DNA of 64,000 nucleotides from Patescibacteria group bacterium (lineage in GTDB: Bacteria > Patescibacteriota > Patescibacteriia > Buchananbacterales > UBA6539): the NCBI GenBank assembly GCA_041662625.1, contig JBAZSB010000001.1, forward strand, positions 51,572 to 115,571, written 5' to 3'. The translations under genes were made by a program, and so were the position numbers. The notes below the pieces were generated by a model that saw only the letters and a program-made list of their open reading frames with translations, searched no databases and was not told the origin of the DNA. Below, one piece after another: positions 26,562-37,201 of the stretch (the first letter of the stretch is position 1; every line of letters begins with the position of its first letter).

Positions 26562-27107
26562 TTAGATTTTTTTCACCTGAAGGAAGTCTAACTCAACTGG
26601 AGTTTCCCGGCCGAACATGTTGACCAGGACTTTAATTTTACCGCGGTCCTCATCAATTTTATTGACTTTGCCTTCGTAGCCTTTGAATGGGCCGTCAACA
26701 ATCCGAACTGGTGCGCCCACAGTAACATCAATTTTAAAGGTTGGTTCTTCCACACCCATTCGTTTCTGCAGATTTTTAATTTCCCCTTCGGAAATCGGGG
26801 TCGGGGTTGTTCCCGAGCCAATAAAGCCCGTGACATTTGGCGTATTTCTGACCACGTACCAGGAATTATCATCAACGACCATCTCCACCAAAACATAACC
26901 GGGAAAGATTTTTTCTGTTACTACCTTCCGCTTGCCATTTTTTATTTTTATTTTTTTCTCGGTCGGAATCAAGACGCTAAAAATTTTATCTTCCATATCC
27001 ATTGATTCAATTCTTTGTTCAAGGTTTCTTTTGACATTTTCCTCATAGCCAGAATAGGTATGGATAACATACCAGCGTCGACCTTGTTGAAGTGTTTGTT
27101 TTGGCAT
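26562..27107 (-). CDS. nusG: transcription termination/antitermination factor NusG
   Basis: NGN domain RWYVIHTYSGYE; KOW motif GAPVRIVDGPFKGYEGKV. Confidence 0.9.
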   Translation of the reverse strand: MPKQTLQQGRRWYVIHTYSGYEENVKRNLEQRIESMDMEDKIFSVLIPTEKKIKIKNGKRKVVTEKIFPGYVLVEMVVDDNSWYVVRNTPNVTGFIGSGTTPTPISEGEIKNLQKRMGVEEPTFKIDVTVGAPVRIVDGPFKGYEGKVNKIDEDRGKIKVLVNMFGRETPVELDFLQVKKI

Positions 27108-27224
27108 ACCCGGTAGTAGTCTCCCACTTTGATTTGAATATTAAAGTAGGGGATATATTATTTATTAAAAATATTTTAATTTAAATTTATTATCAGATTG
27201 TCCCGAATTTAATCTCTGCTGGGG

Positions 27225-27413
27225 CTAAATAATAAAACTGATGACTAATTCCAGGATTTTATCAGCAATGCCTAAAAAAGCCGCCACCCCGACGCTAATG
27301 CCGATTACTAAAAGAGTGTGCCGGATCACTTCTTTTTTCGAAGGCCAGACAACCTTTTTCAGCTCTTGCTGGGAGGCTTTGAGGTAGTTAGTTAAACGGG
27401 TGAGAACATTCAT
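27225..27413 (-). CDS. secE: preprotein translocase subunit SecE
   Basis: 62 aa, KVVWPS motif, single C-terminal TM; canonical position upstream of nusG. Confidence 0.8.
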   Translation of the reverse strand: MNVLTRLTNYLKASQQELKKVVWPSKKEVIRHTLLVIGISVGVAAFLGIADKILELVISFII

Positions 27414-27650
27414 AGATATAAATTATATAATACTAATATATTTGCATCATTGGCATTATGTAGGATTTTTAAAAAGCCCCTTTGGGCTCTTTATTCTATA
27501 TTAAACCTATTTTACCATAAGGGATTAATTAAAGTCAAGAGGCTAGTCGCTGAAGTGCGAAAATCTTGTTTTATTGGGGTGAAAGGTGATAAAATAGTTA
27601 AAACCAGCAATTACCTTCTGGCAGAAGGGGTGGTAAGAGGAGAGGATACA

Positions 27651-28052
27651 ATGGAAGAACTGAGGATCAAACTGAAGTGTCCTTGCTGCCGGGCAAATGT
27701 TTATACGACTGTGTCTTGGCCCGGCCCGAATCTGTACTTTGTTCAGGTCACCTGCGAACAATGTAAAGGACCATTTGTCCGAATAATCCGTAATGGTCGC
27801 CAGCCCGATTTGGAGGAAACAATCTGGGACTACGTCGTTGACCCAAAAGCTGTGGAATCAGACCTCGATGAGCCGGAGGACGAGGGCAGGGAGTTGACTC
27901 CCTGGGAACTTCTTAATGAAGGTTTGTTTGAAGAAGGTCAACCACCTATTAATCCAGAGGAGGCTATTGGTCCACAGGAGTGTGCCGCCATCGTCGCAGC
28001 CCTAGGAAGTTTAGGCCATGTCCCAACAAACAGGGAGTTGGGAATTGTGTAA
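27651..28052 (+). CDS. zinc-ribbon protein (CPCC...CEQC), acidic C-terminal tail, in a GC-rich islet
   Basis: Strong SD (gagaggagagg) before ATG 27651; LKCPCCRANVYTTV...VTCEQCKGPF. The long N-terminal extension from TTG 27450 in the ORF track is rejected. Confidence 0.5.
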   Translation: MEELRIKLKCPCCRANVYTTVSWPGPNLYFVQVTCEQCKGPFVRIIRNGRQPDLEETIWDYVVDPKAVESDLDEPEDEGRELTPWELLNEGLFEEGQPPINPEEAIGPQECAAIVAALGSLGHVPTNRELGIV

Positions 28053-28069
28053 TCACAGGAGGAAATACC

Positions 28070-28378
28070 ATGGCTGATGAGTCAGTTCGCTGCTTTCTGA
28101 AAGTTGACTGTCAGCGGTGTAAGACGAGTTTTGTTGTTGGGTTCAGACTGACGATAGAGTTGCTTGCAAGGCTAAAAGCGCATCCTAATGGTAATTCAAT
28201 TATCATCAGCTGCCCTTTTTGCAGAACTCAGATTCCTGTAGATCTGCAGATACTTTTTACCTCGGAGCTGAAGGCAAGAGCTTCTCGAGCTGCTGAGGCA
28301 GGGTCGCCTATCACCCAAGACGAAGTTAATGCTTTCACGATTTTGTTGCAAGCTGGCCGAGAGGTGGATAATGCCTAG
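28070..28378 (+). CDS. zinc-ribbon protein, tandem paralog of the previous ORF
   Basis: SD aggagg before ATG 28070; LKVDCQRCKTSFVVGF...ISCPFCRTQIP is collinear with the CxxC...CxxC of the upstream ORF. Confidence 0.5.
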   Translation: MADESVRCFLKVDCQRCKTSFVVGFRLTIELLARLKAHPNGNSIIISCPFCRTQIPVDLQILFTSELKARASRAAEAGSPITQDEVNAFTILLQAGREVDNA

Positions 28379-28412
28379 CATCATCCGCAGTTCTCTGTAT
28401 CTATAATATGGC

Positions 28413-28453
28413 GAAAGGCCGCCGGGGTTCAACTGGCAGCCTTTTATTTTTTT
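28413..28453. terminator. terminator between the zinc-ribbon pair (+) and gyrB (-)
   Basis: aaaggccgcc...ggcagccttt stem with one mismatch, followed by ttttatttttttt. Confidence 0.5.
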
Positions 28454-28470
28454 TGTTGTAAGGTTGTAAA

Positions 28471-30552
<2,082 letters not shown>

Positions 30553-30737
30553 TTACTCGTCCTTTAGGCGAGGTTAGCCTATAATTTTTGGCTTAAATTG
30601 GTTTAAATTTTAATAATTTTATCTGCTTTAATTATAGCACAGCAGGAGATTTTTTCAATAGTTTTTTGAGTGGATAAATGAGCTAAATTTCAGTCCATTT
30701 TTTTAGTTTATTCCTTGTTTTATGGTATAATAAATTT

Positions 30738-31604
30738 ATGCCTGAACCTAATAATCAACCCAGCAAAATTACCAATTTTCAGCTCAAGTTTAATTATTGG
30801 TATGTTACCCATAAATTACAATTAAGGAAGGGGTTAATTGTTTTTTTGATTCTTTTAAGTTTTGGTTTTTACACTTATAGTATTTATAAAGCGGTTGTAA
30901 TTCTATTTATTGATGACGAAAATTTGAAGCGGGAATTAAATTATCTTTCGGCTGATTCAATTAATTACAGTTATTTTCATCAAGCTAACCAGCCGAAAGA
31001 TTTAGAAATTTTAAGTTTTGATTCTTTGAGTGGTCGGGAAAACCGGTATGATTTTGTCGCCAAAATCAAAAATCCCAATCCTCAGTGGTTTGCCGCCAAT
31101 GTCTCATTTCAGTTGATCGCCGGCGGTGAAATATTGGCAGAAAAAAACAGTTTTGTTTATCCTGGCGAAGAAAAATACATTGCCGTTTTCGGTCAGGAAT
31201 TAGACAGTTTCGGCAGCCCAACTTTGAAAATTAGCAATATCAGCTGGCGCCGGGTTCATCAATTTTCTGATTATGCCCCGCCCCGCTTGAACTTTAAAAC
31301 TAGTGGCATTGAATTCAAATCAGCTCAGGACTCCGGTATTCGCGGTGAATTGCCGGTCAGCACTTTGAATTTTAAAATTACTAATAGTACTGCTTATAGT
31401 TATTGGCAGGTTGGCGTTTTCATGGTTTTGCTCAGCGGTGAAGATCCAATCGCGGCTAATTATTTGTCCCTAGATCAATTTCGTTCCGGGGAAACCAGAA
31501 ATGTTGAAATGAGATGGTACGAGTCTTTGCCATCAGTTCAGCAAATTGAGATTTTGCCCGAAGTTGATATTTTTAGTCCGGCTTCTTACATGCCGGTTGA
31601 GTAG
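30738..31604 (+). CDS. hypothetical membrane-anchored protein
   Basis: N-terminal TM then a 240-aa soluble region; followed by a hairpin plus T-run at about 31646-31670. Confidence 0.45.
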   Translation: MPEPNNQPSKITNFQLKFNYWYVTHKLQLRKGLIVFLILLSFGFYTYSIYKAVVILFIDDENLKRELNYLSADSINYSYFHQANQPKDLEILSFDSLSGRENRYDFVAKIKNPNPQWFAANVSFQLIAGGEILAEKNSFVYPGEEKYIAVFGQELDSFGSPTLKISNISWRRVHQFSDYAPPRLNFKTSGIEFKSAQDSGIRGELPVSTLNFKITNSTAYSYWQVGVFMVLLSGEDPIAANYLSLDQFRSGETRNVEMRWYESLPSVQQIEILPEVDIFSPASYMPVE

Positions 31605-31817
31605 TTCTATTGTTCAAAAAAGCAAGAAATCAAGAAAACAAGACAAAGCCTGGCTTTGTTTTTTTATTTTCTTGATTTTTTGGCAAAACCTTGACTTTTT
31701 TGGCAAATCATGCTATTTTTTAAGGTCGATTTTTCGACTAGCCTTAGCTATGGTCTAGGGCTATACCCTCATTGTTCTCCCTGCCTCGGCGGGAGAAGAA
31801 AACAAGGAGATTCGGTC

Positions 31818-32570
31818 ATGAACAACCACGGTTCAGGCAAAGGTTCAGGCGGTTCACCCAGTTCAATTGTTGGCTACGGGGCAGTCGGCGTTCAGCTCGA
31901 TTTGTTGCCGGCTGAAAGTCTGGCGAACCTGCGGGTCGAGCAGGATGATCACGGCAAATTCGTCACCGGCCTAACCGTTGGTAACGTGCCCGTGCGGGTG
32001 CGGTTGGGCGACGTCGTTCAGATTGTCGAAGAGCCGCTTCAACAGACTCTGCGTGATCTGCAGCACCTCCAAGGGATGCAGCGGCCTGGCGAGAGCGGCG
32101 ATGAGTGGCTGCAAGCCGGCATTACCGCGAAGACAACGGCGTTGGCTGATATCAGTCAGTGTCTCGCCAATGCGGTTGCCGCGGCCAACCCGGCCCTCAA
32201 CGTCTACTCGGCCAATGGTCGGGGCTTCGAGATCCGGTTGAGCCAGTCGAACTGCACGAAACCGCCGACCCTGCGTTTCTTTGCGGCCGGCGTCAGTGTG
32301 CCGCCGGAGATGGCTGGTTTCCCGCCGTATCTGCCTGCGCCTCGACATACCGATGCGATCCATCACGCCTGGGATGTTGCCGGCAATCAGCTACTGGTAA
32401 TCGCCGTATGCGGCAGGCTCCAGGGCGGAGAGCAGAAGGGCAGTCTCTCGTTGTTCGTTCAAGGCGGTGGGCAGGTATTCCAGGTGGAAGCAGATGCCAA
32501 TCATAGCGGGCTGCGGATCCGTTCCGGCATCGTTGGTGAGGCAATCGCCCCGCCGCACGTGGTCGGCTAG
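31818..32570 (+). CDS. hypothetical protein encoded in a strongly GC-rich segment (probable foreign origin)
   Basis: SD AAGGAG 7 nt before ATG 31818. The composition and codon usage (GGC/GCC/CGG rich) are completely unlike the AT-rich flanks. No recognisable family. Confidence 0.45.
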   Translation: MNNHGSGKGSGGSPSSIVGYGAVGVQLDLLPAESLANLRVEQDDHGKFVTGLTVGNVPVRVRLGDVVQIVEEPLQQTLRDLQHLQGMQRPGESGDEWLQAGITAKTTALADISQCLANAVAAANPALNVYSANGRGFEIRLSQSNCTKPPTLRFFAAGVSVPPEMAGFPPYLPAPRHTDAIHHAWDVAGNQLLVIAVCGRLQGGEQKGSLSLFVQGGGQVFQVEADANHSGLRIRSGIVGEAIAPPHVVG

Positions 32571-32711
32571 CAGACCGGTGCATTCGCTGCCTAAGGAGGG
32601 GTAGCGCGACATTTGCAGATTCAGGAAGAGCAAAGCCAGGACGGTGATGCTCTTCTTTTCATTAGGAAAAAATTGTAAAATTATACTAGCTTATCTTAGT
32701 TTTGTTACTTT

Positions 32712-32792
32712 GACCCGCCTTCTCCGCCACCTTTCGATCAGCTCAAGGTGGCCTTGAGTTCATCGAAAGGCCAAAGGCGGATTCGGCGGGCG
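32712..32792 (+). repeat. structured element copy B (paired with 10999-11051)
   Basis: gacccgccttctccgcc acctttcgatcagc tcaagg tgg ccttga gttcatcgaaagg ccaaaggcggattcggcgggcg. Nested hairpins share the blocks of copy A. Confidence 0.4.
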
Positions 32793-32862
32793 AGATGAAG
32801 TACTGTCATAGTTCAGAGATTAAAAAACCTTTAATGTTTGGCATTAGGGTGTATTGATAACT

Positions 32863-32892
32863 TTGACATACCGACGGTCGGTATGTTAAAAT
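32863..32892 (+). promoter_or_regulatory. sigma70-like promoter with an embedded 21-bp perfect palindrome (candidate operator) upstream of the ABC transporter
   Basis: TTGACA (32863-32868), 18-nt spacer, TAAAAT (32887-32892). The spacer is the palindrome acataccgac-g-gtcggtatgt (32866-32886). Confidence 0.4.
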
Positions 32893-32948
32893 GCTAATAA
32901 CTAATCATATTAACGGTGAGCGGTAAACGGTTACCGGTTAACAACTCT

Positions 32949-33677
32949 ATGACCAATCATTTAATTCAGATCAAAAATCTCAAAAAAGATTATACCACCG
33001 ATGAAGTCACTACCAATGTTTTACGGGGCGTCAGTTTTGACATTGCCGAAGGCGAATTTGTGGCCATCATGGGGCCGTCTGGTTCGGGCAAATCAACCTT
33101 GATGCATATTTTAGGTTTTTTGGATCGGCTGACTAGTGGGGATTATCTTTTTGAAGGCCGGAGTGTGGCGGATTTTTCTGACGATGAGTTGGCGATTTTA
33201 CGTAACAAAAAAATTGGTTTTGTTTTTCAAAGTTACAATTTATTGCCCCGGACTTCGGTTATAGAAAACGTCAAGTTGCCGTTGGTCTATTCGGGCATTC
33301 CGGTCAAAGAGATCGAAGAACGGGCTCAGCAGGCAATAAAATCAGTCGGTCTTTATCACCGGATTAATCATTTGTCTAATCAACTTTCCGGTGGTGAACA
33401 GCAGCGCGTTGCCATTGCCCGGGCCTTGGTCAATGATCCGAAGGTAATTTTTGCTGATGAGCCGACGGGCAACCTCGATTCCAAATCTGGTACTCAAATT
33501 ATGGCGATTTTGGAAGGCTTAAGCGAAAAAGGCCATACTATTATTTTGGTTACTCATGAGCAAGACACGGCCGATCATGCCAAACGAGTAATCAAGTTAC
33601 GCGATGGTTTGATTGTTGCTGACGAAATTGTTACTAATCGCCGGCGGGTGGCTGAGGATGGTGAACTTAGAAAGTAA
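32949..33677 (+). CDS. ABC transporter ATP-binding protein (MacB/LolD/FtsE type)
   Basis: Walker [11 protein letters not shown]-loop, signature [15 protein letters not shown], Walker [15 protein letters not shown] 32949 preferred over GTG 32916. Confidence 0.85.
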   Translation: MTNHLIQIKNLKKDYTTDEVTTNVLRGVSFDIAEGEFVAIMGPSGSGKSTLMHILGFLDRLTSGDYLFEGRSVADFSDDELAILRNKKIGFVFQSYNLLPRTSVIENVKLPLVYSGIPVKEIEERAQQAIKSVGLYHRINHLSNQLSGGEQQRVAIARALVNDPKVIFADEPTGNLDSKSGTQIMAILEGLSEKGHTIILVTHEQDTADHAKRVIKLRDGLIVADEIVTNRRRVAEDGELRK

Positions 33678-33781
33678 CAATTAACATTTAACAATTAGCA
33701 GTTAACTTCTAATCTTGTCTTCAAATGAAACTCTCGGAGAGGCGTTAATTATTAATGGTTAATTGTTAACTGTCGTTATCT

Positions 33782-35023
33782 ATGAATCTCTATCAGACTG
33801 CCAAAGGTTCAATAAAAACTTTAGCCTCACGAAAAATGAGGGCTTTTTTAACGATGTTGGGAATGATTATCGGGATTTCTTCAGTCATTATTATTATGGC
33901 TGTTGGTGCCAGTGCCCAAGGTTTAATTTTAAATCAGATAAAAAGCGTTGGCTCAAACTTGATTGGTATTTTGCCTGGCGCTTCTGATGAAGATGGACCG
34001 CCCGCTTCGGTAATGGGAATTTCCGTCACGACTTTAAAATATGATGACGTTATAGCGATTGCCCAACCGCAAAACGCGCCGCACGTGGTGGCCAGTGCCG
34101 CTTATGTCAAAGGTGTGGGCAGCATCAGCTGGCAGAATCGTAACATTGACACTAATTATACCGGTACAACTGCCAATTATATTGAAGTAGAAGACACCCA
34201 AGTTGCAATTGGTCGGTTTTTTACAGTTGATGAGGAAAAAAATTTGTCGCGCGTTATTGTCCTGGGTAGTCAGGTCGCGGAAAATTTGTTTGACAACACC
34301 GATCCGCTGGGTCAGCTGGTCAAAGTCAAGCGGGAGCAATTTCGGGTAATTGGTGTGATGAAAGAACGCGGATCGGCGGCTTTTCAAAATGAAGACGACC
34401 AGATTTTTATTCCGTTTAAAACCGCACAAAAACTGATTTTAGGCATTGATCATGTGGGTTTTGCCCGGGCCAAAGTTGACGATGCCAAAAATTTAGACCA
34501 GACGATTAATGATATTAAAGCTACTTTAAGAGAGAGGCATAATATTTCCGATCCGTCACAGGATGACTTTACTGTCCGCAGTGTTCAGCAGGCACTCGAT
34601 ACTTTTACCAGTGTGACTAGCGCTTTGACCTTCTTTTTAGCCGCCATTGCCGCCATTGCTTTACTTGTCGGTGGTATCGGGATTATGAATATCATGCTAG
34701 TTTCAGTTACCGAAAGAATCAGAGAAATCGGGTTGCGTAAAGCCGTTGGTGCCAGAAATAAAAATATCAGAAATCAATTTTTAGTTGAAACTATTATAAT
34801 TTCCCTCGGCGGTGGAATAATTGGTGTAATTTTTGGTATTATCATTGCCGCCATTGTTGCTTTAGTTGCTCAGTATTTAGGTTATGCCTGGGATTTTATC
34901 GTTACCATTAATTCCGTTATTGTTGCCTGCAGTGTTTCTATCATAATTGGTTTAGTTTTTGGAATTTATCCAGCAGTCAAAGCAGCAAAGTTGGATCCGA
35001 TTGAGGCGCTACGTTATGAATGA
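33782..35023 (+). CDS. ABC transporter permease (FtsX/MacB-like, with large periplasmic domain)
   Basis: N-terminal TM, about 250-aa periplasmic domain, three C-terminal TMs with FtsX signature. Confidence 0.8.
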   Translation: MNLYQTAKGSIKTLASRKMRAFLTMLGMIIGISSVIIIMAVGASAQGLILNQIKSVGSNLIGILPGASDEDGPPASVMGISVTTLKYDDVIAIAQPQNAPHVVASAAYVKGVGSISWQNRNIDTNYTGTTANYIEVEDTQVAIGRFFTVDEEKNLSRVIVLGSQVAENLFDNTDPLGQLVKVKREQFRVIGVMKERGSAAFQNEDDQIFIPFKTAQKLILGIDHVGFARAKVDDAKNLDQTINDIKATLRERHNISDPSQDDFTVRSVQQALDTFTSVTSALTFFLAAIAAIALLVGGIGIMNIMLVSVTERIREIGLRKAVGARNKNIRNQFLVETIIISLGGGIIGVIFGIIIAAIVALVAQYLGYAWDFIVTINSVIVACSVSIIIGLVFGIYPAVKAAKLDPIEALRYE

Positions 35024-35127
35024 GGAATTTAGGAATTTAGGAAACTAGGAATTAGAAAATTAAAATTGGTAAATTATTAAAGAAGTCTAAATTCCTAACT
35101 TCCTAATTTTCTAACCTCCTGATCATC

Positions 35128-36462
35128 ATGAATAATAATAAACCACAACCAATCAAACGCTGTCGACGAAGTAAATTCATCCTCTTTAATGCGTTTCATT
35201 TTTATTGTGATATTATTGTGCCTTTTCGAATAGCACTGATGTCGCTTAGGCGCAACAAAGTCAGAACTTCTTTGACGGTTTTAGGTATTGTCATTGGTAT
35301 TATGGCAGTTATCACAGTCATGTCTGCCGGTGATGGCTTGAAAGGTTATGTTACCGGTCAAATTGAAGCTTTTGGTACTGATTTGATTGAGGTTGAAGTT
35401 AAAGTGCCAAATACCAGTCAGATGTCCGCTTCCAATGCGGGCGGCCAGGCGATGGGAATTCAAATTACCACCTTGAAGTTAGAAGATGCTGAAGCGATAA
35501 AAAAATTACCAAACATTGAAGATAATTATTCAGTTTTAATGGGAATGGAAATTGCTTCTTATAAAGGAACTAATAAGCAGACACTTTTATGGGGGACCAC
35601 CGGTTCCTTTATTAATGTTGATACGACTAAAGTAGCTGAGGGCCGGTTTTTTACCGATGAAGAAGATAGAAGTTTGGCTAACGTGGTGGTAATCGGTCAG
35701 ACCGTTAAAGATAAGCTTTTTGGTTTGGATGATCCAATAAATAAATCAATTAAACTTGGGCGAGAAAAATTTATGGTCATCGGCGTGATGGAAAAACGTG
35801 GTGCCATTGCTTTTTTTGATATGGATAATTTTATTTATGTGCCGGTACGGACTCTGCAGAAAAAGCTGATGGGTGTTGAATATCTTTCGGTAATTATGAA
35901 TAAAGTTTATAACAAAGACATTGCTGATGAAACCGTATCTGATATTAATTCACTTTTGCGCCAGCGCCATGATATTTTGGGCAATAACCCGGACAAAGAT
36001 GATTTTGCCGTAATGTCCATGGCCGAAGCACTGGATATTTACGATACGGTTTTTGGCGCGATTAATTTACTTTTAGCGGCGATTGCCGGCATTTCACTTT
36101 TGGTCGGTGGTATCGGTATTATGAATATTATGTATGTTTCGGTTACCGAGCGGACTTATGAAATTGGCTTGCGCAAGTCTGTTGGCGCTACCGGCCATAA
36201 TATTTTATGGCAGTTTTTGTGGGAGGCAATTGTCATTACTCTTTTTGGTGCATTGATTGGCTTTGTTTTGGGTATTGGTTTGTCTTATCTAATTTCTGTC
36301 ATTGCTACGGCTCAAGGTATTGGTTGGAAATTTGTCATTTCTCTAAACTCAATCGTGCTAGCAATTGGTGTATCTTTTATCATTGGTTTAACTTTCGGCG
36401 TATTTCCGGCCATAGCCGCTTCTAGACTTGACCCGGTAACGGCATTACGCTATTCTAAATAA
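35128..36462 (+). CDS. ABC transporter permease (second FtsX/MacB-like paralog)
   Basis: Same architecture as the previous ORF; start could alternatively be 35239 (MSLRRNKV). Confidence 0.8.
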   Translation: MNNNKPQPIKRCRRSKFILFNAFHFYCDIIVPFRIALMSLRRNKVRTSLTVLGIVIGIMAVITVMSAGDGLKGYVTGQIEAFGTDLIEVEVKVPNTSQMSASNAGGQAMGIQITTLKLEDAEAIKKLPNIEDNYSVLMGMEIASYKGTNKQTLLWGTTGSFINVDTTKVAEGRFFTDEEDRSLANVVVIGQTVKDKLFGLDDPINKSIKLGREKFMVIGVMEKRGAIAFFDMDNFIYVPVRTLQKKLMGVEYLSVIMNKVYNKDIADETVSDINSLLRQRHDILGNNPDKDDFAVMSMAEALDIYDTVFGAINLLLAAIAGISLLVGGIGIMNIMYVSVTERTYEIGLRKSVGATGHNILWQFLWEAIVITLFGALIGFVLGIGLSYLISVIATAQGIGWKFVISLNSIVLAIGVSFIIGLTFGVFPAIAASRLDPVTALRYSK

Positions 36463-36520
36463 TCTACCAATTCAATAAGAGCGGAGGAGTATATTCAAGG
36501 ATCAAGAAGGAGGATGGAGA

Positions 36521-36964
36521 ATGAGAGTCAGACTATCACTTCTTTTGGTTGTCGTTTTGGGCTTGATTCTGATTGGTATAGCCCTTTATCAAAGCCTTGG
36601 TCAACAAAGCCTTGGTCAACCCCAACAGCAGTTTGTCACTGACCTGCCCAGCTACGAAGTGGAAGACATTGACATTTCTTTGGCTAACCCCGCCCAGACC
36701 TATCAACTGCTGAAGCGTAACGTCGCATTTGAGGCTAAACTTTGTGGTTTGGCACTCCTGGTTTTGCTGATTGTGGCGATTGCTTCATCTAGATTGCCGA
36801 TCTTAACGGATATCATTGAAGGAGCCAAAGAAAGAGTTTGGCAGATGATTTGGGCCAATCGGCCGCGGAGCACCGATGAAGTTGAAGGCAGACTATTACG
36901 CCTATCGGGAGGCAGCCCGGCTTATCGTCGGACTTTGTTGGGTCGGCGGAGGAAAACTCGGTGA
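36521..36964 (+). CDS. hypothetical two-TM protein (GC-richer than backbone)
   Basis: SD aggagg upstream; contains the in-frame direct repeat caaagccttggtcaa x2 (SLGQQSLGQ). Confidence 0.45.
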   Translation: MRVRLSLLLVVVLGLILIGIALYQSLGQQSLGQPQQQFVTDLPSYEVEDIDISLANPAQTYQLLKRNVAFEAKLCGLALLVLLIVAIASSRLPILTDIIEGAKERVWQMIWANRPRSTDEVEGRLLRLSGGSPAYRRTLLGRRRKTR

Positions 36965-36978
36965 AAAGACCCCAGCTA

Positions 36979-37015
36979 CCCAGACCTTTAGCTTTTTTAA
37001 GGGGTTTTTATTTTG
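36979..37015 (+). repeat. 37-nt terminator-like motif, copy 1 (copy 2 at 40219-40256), flanking the beta-helix gene
   Basis: cccagacctttagcttttttaaggggtttttattttg vs cctagacctttaactttgtttaaagggtttttatttgg (about 85% identical). Confidence 0.4.
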
Positions 37016-37201
37016 TTTAACTTTTTTTAAAAAGAGTAATAGGGTTTAAGCTGTCACCTTGTTTTTTATAAACCGTTCTAGCGGTTTTGGACCGGTGATC
37101 ATTAATCGATGATGCCAGCGTTTTCGCTTAACTTTTTAGCTTGACCGGTATTGGCATCCAAATGTGCTTGCAGAAAAAATTATTTATGATAAAATTAATT
37201 T

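Noticed and set aside
27450-27650. Long N-terminal extension (TTG start at 27450) of the first zinc-ribbon ORF as given in the ORF track
   Set aside because: ATG 27651 has a strong SD (gagaggagagg). The upstream 200 nt is AT-rich promoter-like sequence containing the hairpin agcccctttgggct, which is unlikely to be coding.
30655-30675. DnaA box (agtggataa) in the gyrB upstream region suggesting oriC
   Set aside because: It is a single imperfect box with one mismatch to TGTGGATAA. There is no cluster and no adjacent dnaA or dnaN, which is insufficient for an origin call.
32159-32633. Several overlapping ORFs on both strands inside the GC-rich 31.8-32.6 kb segment (e.g. 31971-32366-, 32159-32506+, 32293-32583-, 32391-32633-)
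   Set aside because: High GC content suppresses stop codons in all frames. Only the frame with an SD and ATG at 31818 is supported, and the others are composition artefacts. The same reasoning rejects the overlapping ORFs at 14308-14905 and 55304-55498.
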